Source of the DNA: Priapulus caudatus
Lineage: Eukaryota
Length of the DNA stretch: 45,336 bases
Assembly: GCF_000485595.1 (NCBI RefSeq)
Contig: NW_014577087.1
Coordinates: 183,394-228,729 of the forward strand
Reading direction: 5' to 3'
Shown here: piece after piece, positions 37,891 through 45,336 of the stretch
How the letters are laid out: each line of letters opens with the position of its first letter
Numbering within the stretch: position 1 is the first letter of the stretch
Translations under genes and position numbers: made by a program
Notes under the pieces: model-generated
Seen by the model: only the letters and a program-made list of their open reading frames with translations
Database searches by the model: none
Told to the model about the DNA's origin: nothing

Positions 37891-38567
37891 GAAGTAACGC
37901 ACGCACGCACGCACGCACGCGCGCCGCTATCGGCGGTTGCCATCGTTTCGCACCCGTCGTCTGACATACAGACGGGGAAAGTGAACAACGGTTAGCCGGG
38001 CACGTGATGCGAGCAGAGCTGCTGACGCGCAGCACGACAAGCTGTCATGCAGGTGCGTGAGTGTAAGTGCTCCCCCAAATGTTAGTACGGGCGAGAGGAA
38101 AGAGAAAGCGTGAGATCGGTGATGCGAATTTGACAAATCGCTGGCGTTTAACCCCTTGCTCCGCTAAGTGTAGAAATCTCATTTGCAGCTGCGTGTTGAT
38201 TTGCGGCCGACGTCTAGGTAGTGGGTCCCGATAATGGTTCTCACAATTACAGTGCCGGTCGGACCATGAAGTCGCGAATGGCGCCTATGTGACCGCGACC
38301 TGTCCCGTGTGACAGGACTTTGGGATGGCCGTCACCGTTACTGCGCCGCCGCCTGTGCGGATGGAACGGCAACGATAGATAGATAGAAATGAAAGGATAG
38401 CGAAAGATGGGGAGGAAGAATGAGAGTGTGTGTGGGTCAGGCAACGATAGCGAGAGAGATAATTAGAGCGTATCCCAAGAGAGAGCAAATGAGTGGGTAA
38501 GAAAGATGGAGATACGTGATGGAGTGAGCTAGAGCGAGCAAGCGAAAGATAGTGCGTGTGTATAGCG

Positions 38568-38622
<55 letters not shown>

Positions 38623-39789
38623 CGTGTGTGTGTGTATGTGAGAGAGAGAGACGAGAGAGAGAGAGAGCAAGAGAGCGGGAGGTTAAGTGTGTGTTACATG
38701 TCAGTTCGCATCGACCCTAGACAACATTGGTTAGCTTTTAGCGCCAGTCGGTCGACGATGAAATATGACTGGTGGTAGCTGGAGGGTGCGAGAGAAGAAC
38801 ATCAAATGTCTGTCTCTCTCCTCTCCCTTTAATTCCGACTGCTTCTCCCGCCTTCATTCTCTCGATTTCTTTTTCCTATTATTCCCTTCGCTCTCGTTCA
38901 ATTTTCTTCTCCGTCGATCTGTCCCCTCTACACATGCACGCGGAAATTAACTGAAAGCTCCAGTGGTAAACCGAAATTGAAAAGGGAAGGAAGAAGACAA
39001 ATACGCGTAGAAGCCTATTCGTGTCGTGGGCGGTGGGAGGAGGGGATGTCGGCGGGATAGAAGCCCCGTTCATTTCCAGCCGTCGACGGCCGTTAACAAT
39101 TGTTGTAAAATTTCTTGTGCATTACACCAATGATAAACGCGCGTACACAGAGGGTCGTATTTTGTCTGACAAGGCGTATGTGGTGTCTACAAACAGCTCC
39201 TACAGGGCGTTCGCGCAATCCTACATGCGTCGTGTTCTTACAACGTCCATGTTTTGTTTTGATGTGAAAAAGTTTTCGACGTTGATGGTTTCTCTGTGCG
39301 GCGCACGCAGCGCTGTCGTTCTCACCATATCTTTACGCACGCACGAGAAATCATGTTATACATCACGAGAGCTGTCAACGTCTCTCGGACAAAACCAATC
39401 TGAGTGCGGCATCGCGAAACGCCTTTGTATTCATTCAAATCATCAATACTCACCCGTCCGCTCGAGTATCGATATTTTTAACTTCAAATCCATCTTCACA
39501 GCATACGAAAAATCGGCATAAACGCGTCAGGAGAGCGACACACGCTGGCAAATATGAGCGCTCTCTCACCCAACTGATATAACGCGTGAGAGAGAAGGAG
39601 AAAGAGAGGGGGCGCGCGAGAGAGAAACATAGAGAGAGAATGAGAGTGGGGGAGAATGAAAAAAGAGAAATGGAGAGAATGAGAGATAGAGAGAATGAGA
39701 GGGGGGGGGAGAGAATAAGAGAGGGAGAATGAGTAATCATACCAGGGAACGACGAGTGTGTGAGATACACACAATGTACACTCGTTGTC

Positions 39790-40106
39790 CGTACGTCAGT
39801 GTGAGATAACGTCATCTGCCGCCAGTATGCCCGCATGTAGATGAAGTGCGCGTGTGGAGAGGTCGCACGACTCCAGTTCCCGACGCTTGTATTTTCCCCC
39901 TGCCACCGCTCGAGTGTCCTTCTCCTCAGCTCGTTGGCATTACGCAGCTCGGCGTTGTCATGCAGCACGCCACCCTGACTGCTGGCCCACGCACCCACCG
40001 CGTGCTCGAGTACCAGCCGCTGTCGGGTCGTCCGTCGCGTTGTCGGCTGGTTTTCCGGCGCCGCAGCAGACGGTGGCGCCGGTGGCGCCGCCCAGCGTTG
40101 CCGGAT
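39790..40106 (-). mobile_element. Possible degenerate Ty3/Gypsy pol fragment (RNase H-integrase connector region)
   Basis: The minus-strand frame reads ...TTRQR...DNAELRNANELRRRTLERWQGENTSVGNWSRATSPHAHFIYMRAYWRQMTLSHTDVR, reminiscent of the ELRxAQ...W...W...KAYWxQWxxLxLxDGVL pattern seen before Gypsy integrases. Recognised by eye; no search run. Confidence 0.4.
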
Positions 40107-41458
40107 CTATTGTTCCGTGATTTCTCATTTTAGACTCTCAATGCTCAGGGTATTGATCCTGATACGGCTTGATTTCGTAGGCGCCGAGCGAGTTTTTATA
40201 CGGTTTTCCCCTAAGATTCTAACTAATGCAACCCAGTATGAATTCTGCCTTTTGACCGCTGGGATGGGACCTTCTTTTTTTTATCCCAGTAAAGATCAGT
40301 ATGAATTATAATATATATATATATAATATATATAATTTTATTTATTTATTAGGTCTTGGAATAGTTAAGCTACCATATATATATAGCCATGAGTATGCTG
40401 TAGAGAGTATAGGTCGACGGTAGGGATTAACTTTAATGCTGCGTCCAAATATCGACGCCGTGTTTATAGAAATTCTTAATTACAGTCATTCTCAGTGTGC
40501 ACCACAGTGACTTCCTGAGGAGTAGACTTCCTGTGAACTCTGCGCAGTGTGTCCAAGCACTACCTGGCGTGATGTTGAATGGCGTAGTGTTTGCTGTTAC
40601 GGCAGCTAGACGCGGTGCTAGCGCGCCCCATCCGCTCAGCACTTACACTTTCGGTGTTAGCTGCGCGTGTGCGCGCGTGTGTGTGCGCATGATTAAGCAT
40701 TGTTGCAACTTGAAGTGAACAATAGATGCGCGTTGTGCGTTCGGTGCGAGATTTAGCAGACGCTAATGGCGCAGTCGGGGGTGAAAGGGACAGACGAGAC
40801 TAGCTACTGTGTATTCTTGAAATCCGCCATTACTGTGTGAAACCGAATCCCCAGAAGCATGCGTTTTAACAACACCGTAACATTACCAGGAGTACATTTA
40901 TAGAGATATTGAATTTCATCTCTATTCGTGTACTTCTGGTAATGCTACTTGTGATATACTAATAAATTAAACATAATTATTTATAATATAATCACGCATA
41001 CATTGATAAATAAGCGCATACGAGTACACCAACTGCGGTTGCTGCTTTGTGTGCAATTGTGAGCATGTACTGTGGGTACGGAGGCTGGCGCTGCAGCGTT
41101 AATCAACCTTGCCGTGTTAACCCGTACTCAACGTTTGATGCTGTCTTCATCTCTCGCGAGCGTGTGGATCATCGGTCAGGAATCTGTCTCGCGTTGTTTT
41201 CGTTGCCCGCCGGCGCCCATGTCCCTCGTGTTTATCTCGTGAAAGAGAGAGAGAGTGAGAGAGAGAGAAGCCAGCCTCGCTGTTTTTTTCACGTCGTATT
41301 TCTCGTCTGCTACGACGGCGGCGGCAGCGCCATTAATTACACTCGCTATCCGTCGCTTGTTTACGCGCGAAGTTAACGCGTTGTGGTTTTTAATTGCTTC
41401 TCGGCTTCAGGTCGTGATGTCCAGTCTAGCGCGTCCGTCGCTCGCGGGTCGGCGGTCG

Positions 41459-41512
<54 letters not shown>

Positions 41513-42762
41513 TGGGGGGGGGGGGAGGGGGTGGTGACCGCTGCATGCGATGGTTTCCAAAAGATGACTAATTTCTTCGAGAAAATTCGCTTAATTTATG
41601 CACGCGCGTGGGTGTGTGGGTGGATGAGAGAATTAGAGTGAAAGAAGGGAGAGGAGATCGAAAAGGAACAAGAGAGGAAGAACAGGAAAAGGAAAAGAAA
41701 CGGAGACGAGTGTGCGCGTGTGTCTGGGGGAGGGGGAGGGGTGGATTTTTCAATAGTTGCATGGATGCGCGCGTATGATATTGATCTTTAATCAGTGGAT
41801 ATGCTGAATTATCTTTATCGTAAGTGAACGCGTTGCGGATGACATTCGCCGTGACATGATGCGCCTATATTTGCTGCTTCATGCACCATGACTCACGAAG
41901 CCGACTTGCGGTGGGTTTTTAGCGGAAGACTCACGATGCTATATGCGAGCAGCGATTAAGACGGGCGCGTTGACGGTGAGTAGTGTGGGGAATGATGCGG
42001 GCGATGGAGGCGTCGGCGGCAGTCTCACGTCGATCGGATGAAATTGTAACTCTCCGTCGCCAGGATGTTTACTTTGGAAATCCTTAAACTGCGTAATGGC
42101 GAAGGATCTCTTTACTCGCATCTGTTTCCTCTTTGCGGCGCATTTGTCAGACAGCGTTTTTCCGTATGGACGCAAACGTACACACATACACGCGTGTGTG
42201 CGTGCGTGCGCGCGTGAGTGTGCGTGCGTGTGTGTGCGCGCGTGTGCGTGGGCGCGCGTGAGTGCGTGCGCGTGTGAGTGCGTGCGTGTGTGGGAATGTG
42301 CGTGGGCGCACGTGCATGCGCGTACCCCCGCACGTATTCGCTTTTGTATTGACCATCGAAATCATTTTAGAAATTCTGCGAAATTGCGTATATAGCGCGG
42401 CGTGGCAGTCGTCGTCATCGTCGTCGTCGGCGGTTATGGAATCGGCTGTGTTACGTTGAGCAAAGTTTGTTTGCTCGCTTTTAGTGTATGAAGCACAATT
42501 TGTCGTATATTCGCGGCGATGTTTATAGCTTTATCGCTGTGTAGTGCTGCTGCCTATACGTACGTCCTGCTGACATGTAGGGGGGGCGTAATGGTTGGTA
42601 TACGTCACCGCCGCGTGTGTCTTCAACTCATTACGCCGCAGCTAAAAGTTCACGCGCAATGAAATACGTGCGTCGACGATGTAAACGCACCGAGTGGCAG
42701 AGTGGTCTTACCCGCGTCTATTCGTGTAGAAGGACAGCCTATAATCCTGTAATACACACGCA

Positions 42763-42794
<32 letters not shown>

Positions 42795-42810
42795 CACACA
42801 CACACATAAT

Positions 42811-42855
42811 ATCAGGAGTTAATAAAGACAAACTTTGTCTTTATTAACTCCTGAT
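42811..42855. mobile_element. 45-bp perfect palindrome ATCAGGAGTTAATAAAGACAAA-C-TTTGTCTTTATTAACTCCTGAT
   Basis: 22-bp perfect arms (23 with the flanking T/A), 1-nt centre, AAT on both sides. Confidence 0.65.
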
Positions 42856-43063
42856 AATAAATATATATAATCTAGGTCGTGCCTCCTACTCGCATTGCGT
42901 GAGCATTAGTGCGCCCGCACACATTATTTCGCGTTCGTGTATTTATGTGGGTGCTCATGCGTGTGTCTGTAGCGTTTGCGTCTCTGTGCGGGCGCTCTCT
43001 CTCTCTCGTCGTGGCCCGCATTTCCTCGCACAGCCTCGATGTCATTTATACACACATGCTTAA

Positions 43064-43251
43064 AGCCGCAATATGCGCATCCAAACGCTAATTTCTCCAG
43101 TACTAGACTAGCAAATACTTCGTGTCATGCATATAATCATACTACCTTATGACAAAATAAACTCTAGTTCCTCCCAAAAGAGTTTATTTTGTCATAAGGT
43201 AGTGTTATTATGCATGGGAGAAATTAGCGTTTGGATGCGCATATTGCGGCT
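43064..43251. mobile_element. Non-autonomous Kolobok-like foldback element (TTAA duplication, AG...CT termini)
   Basis: TTAA at 43060-43063 and 43252-43255; perfect TIR AGCCGCAATATGCGCATCCAAACGCTAATTTCTCC; the inner arms ACTACCTTATGACAAAATAAACTCT also pair. TTAA targets with purine-purine termini are characteristic of Kolobok, whereas piggyBac ends typically begin with C. Confidence 0.75.
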
Positions 43252-43350
43252 TTAACGTTTCGGGGCAATATTGCGTCGTCCGTCGATATGTGATCATCAC
43301 ACCCGAACCCATCAGACGTCTGCGTTTACCGAGCCCCTCATCAGAAACCG
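43247..43350 (-). ncRNA. Type I hammerhead ribozyme-like motif (minimal helix III, Penelope-type)
   Basis: Minus strand: CGGTTT-CTGATGA-GGGGC-[66 nt]-GCCCC-GAAACGTT-AAAGCCG, i.e. conserved CUGANGA and GAAA boxes, a 5-bp GC stem II, palindromic ACGU and a plausible stem I. Confidence 0.5.
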
Positions 43351-43612
43351 GAGCAGCAGCAGCGGCGCGTGCGTGCGTGCGTGCGTGTGTGCGTGGCGTG
43401 TCAGCACTGGCCAACTGCAAGCCGCCTCTCAGTCCCCTTCATGAAGAAAGAATTTTCCGTCTCCTAGGAGGCGACGGCGCCGCGGCCTGGATGGCTCGTT
43501 TCATTACGGGGACCGTTCGTTTATGTTGTAAATAGACGTCGGCTAGACGCCGAGCTCATGGAGCCAATAGTGGAAATTAGATCGAGAGCTCGCGTTGTTG
43601 CCGGCCGTGTAC

Positions 43613-43737
43613 CCCTCCTCCCCTCCTCTCCCTTCCCCCTCTTTCCTCCCTCCCTCCCTGTCTCCTCACTCCCTTCCTCCCCGTCTCCTCCCTCCATCTC
43701 TCCTCCCTCTCTCCTCCTTCATCCATCTCCATCTCCG
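43613..43737. repeat. C/T low-complexity tract
   Basis: Nearly pure polypyrimidine, read directly. Confidence 0.85.
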
Positions 43738-44068
43738 CACAGCCAGCTCAGTATATATAGCCGAGCAATCTCTGGTTAGCTCACAATTCGGAATACGGGG
43801 GCGGGGAATACGGCCAAAACACGAGTACGTGCACTGTCGTCGACAGATCCCACTAAAAGCCGCATGCTACTTTTTTTAGCGTTTCCGATGAGCGAGGTGG
43901 TTTTTCTCCTCTCCGTCCGGGGACATCGGCGTGAGCGGATCTCGCGATTTCGCGCGATGATTTTCCGATGCTCGTGTCCCGAGGAACGCGCTCGCGTACT
44001 TCTCACTACTATCGGCGTGCGTTTTGTAAAGCCGTTTAGTGATCGGTTAAGCGGCGTTTAAATAGTGA

Positions 44069-44106
<38 letters not shown>

Positions 44107-44440
44107 CACACACATATATACGCTGCCGCATTTTGCGCCGACATAACGGTGATAAAATAACGGCTATGCGGCCGAGCAGTGGTATGGTTTGTGCAGCGCA
44201 CATGTATACACACATACGTGCGTGCGCCGCACGCCAGTCAAAACAACGTATCCAGTGTTCTTTTAATAACACTCGTCGGTGCAGTGGCATCGTCCCCCAG
44301 CAGCCGAACTGTCTCCATGGAGATCGGCCGGTAAGATACTCGAGCATATGGGGTCGTTGTCGTATCAGGTACTACAGATATGTACCCGAGGTAGTTTTAG
44401 GTTGTTCAGTATTATGTTTATATTTTTATATGAGGTATGT

Positions 44441-44506
44441 TTAGGGTTAGGGTTAGAGTTAGGGTTAGGGTTAGGGTTAGTGTTAGTGTTAGTGTTAGTG
44501 TTAGGA
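44441..44506 (+). repeat. Interstitial telomere-like hexamer array (TTAGGG x5, TTAGAG, TTAGTG x4, TTAGGA)
   Basis: 11 in-phase hexamers read directly. Confidence 0.9.
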
Positions 44507-44554
44507 TACACTTCTGCAGTACAAGTCTGGTACACTTTTCTGTATACATAATAT

Positions 44555-44596
44555 ATCATGAGTAGATAATAGGGAACCCTATTATCTACTCCTGAT
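44555..44596. mobile_element. 42-bp palindrome ATCATGAGTAGATAATAGGG-AA-CCCTATTATCTACTCCTGAT nested in the TIR element
   Basis: 20-bp arms with one mismatch; ATAT on both sides; ends related to 42811-42855. Confidence 0.6.
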
Positions 44597-44666
44597 ATAT
44601 GTACCTCGGGTACATATCTGTAGTACCTGATACGACAACGACCCCTTGAACGTTACTAGAGCTCAT

Positions 44667-44853
44667 AGGGTCTATGTCCCCCAGGGTACTGCCGGAACGT
44701 AACTGCGGGTACGGAACGGAACATAGACTCGTTAGTGGAGTAGGCGAGGTACGGTTCAGCATATTAGATAGTAGTATAGTACCAGGTTACGTTCCGGTAT
44801 ACCGGACCGTACCCAGGGTACGTTCCGGCAATACCCCGGGGGACATAGACCCT
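44667..44853. mobile_element. 187-bp MITE-like element with ~47-bp imperfect TIRs (AGGGTCTATGTCCCCC...)
   Basis: Left AGGGTCTATGTCCCCCAGGGTACTGCCGGAACGTA vs right reverse complement AGGGTCTATGTCCCCCGGGGTATTGCCGGAACGTA. Confidence 0.75.
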
Positions 44854-44869
44854 CTCAGCGTTACGCGAC

Positions 44870-45336
44870 CGCTTAGTTACTTACACGTTCTGTTACTTAC
44901 ACGCTTAGTTACTTACACGTTCTGTTACTTACACGTTCTGTTACTTACACGCTTAGTTACTTACACGTTCTGTTACTTACACGTTCTGTTACTTACACGC
45001 TTAGTTACTTACACGTTCTGTTACTTACACGTTCTGTTGCTTACTCGTTTTGTTATTTACGCGTTCTGTTGCTTACACGTTCTGTTACTTACACGTTCTG
45101 TTACTTACACGTTCTGTTACTCACACGCTTAGTTACTTACACGTTCTGTTACTTACACGTTCTGTTACTTACACGCTTAGTTACTTACACGCTTAGTTAC
45201 TTACGTTCTGTTACTTACACGCTTAGTTACTTACACGTTCTGTTACTTACACGCTTAGTTACTTACACGTTCTGTTACTTACACGTTCTGTTACTTACAC
45301 GCTTAGTTACTTACACGTTCTGTTACTTACACGTTC
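44870..45336. repeat. 16-bp minisatellite with two variants (GTTACTTACACGTTCT / GTTACTTACACGCTTA), running off the window end
   Basis: Read directly; local 48-bp higher-order A-B-B pattern. Confidence 0.95.

Larger units (their letters stand above)
44350..44645. mobile_element. 296-bp element with perfect 44-bp TIRs and internal telomere-like repeats
   Basis: GGGGTCGTTGTCGTATCAGGTACTACAGATATGTACCCGAGGTA (44350-44393) is the exact reverse complement of 44602-44645; TTAGGG/TTAGTG array at 44441-44506. Confidence 0.8.

Noticed and set aside
26720..40540. Other CTGANGA occurrences (e.g. 26722, 29692, 32085, 33639, 40514) as hammerhead cores
   Set aside because: None is followed by a paired stem II closing onto GAAA.
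43775..43812. CACAATTCGGAATACGGGGGCGGGGAATA, loosely like a miR-10 3p arm
   Set aside because: No ACCCTGTAGA 5p arm or hairpin. miR-100, miR-125, miR-993 and iab-4 sequences were also not seen by eye.
44441..44506. True telomere
   Set aside because: Only 11 partly degenerate units, enclosed by TIRs, with non-telomeric sequence on both sides.

Overview
Repeat-rich, CpG-rich eukaryotic genomic DNA from a draft assembly, most likely animal (inferred from TTAGGG repeats and no obvious CpG depletion; species not identifiable). It has five N-gaps and several stretches that look like uncorrected read noise. No protein-coding gene can be called with confidence, and nearly all long ORFs in the track are by-products of micro- and minisatellites. 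Supported content: many microsatellites; about ten minisatellite arrays, two with internal inversions; a ~1.75 kb duplication (11.1-12.8 kb vs 16.1-17.8 kb) that is probably an assembly artefact; and several small inverted-repeat (MITE-like) elements. These include a TTAA-flanked Kolobok-like hairpin, a TTAGGG-containing TIR element, and a family of short palindromic elements ending ATCA(G/A)GAGT..ATAA. The best leads are a minus-strand type I hammerhead-ribozyme-like motif with an unusually long stem II insert (43247-43350), a sequence complementary to all 22 nt of let-7 apart from one G:U pair and a 9-nt bulge (15543-15573), and a possible degenerate Ty3/Gypsy pol fragment (~39.8-40.1 kb). 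The unique DNA contains homeodomain-type motif clusters, suggesting a large intron or the regulatory surroundings of a gene outside the window (inference).
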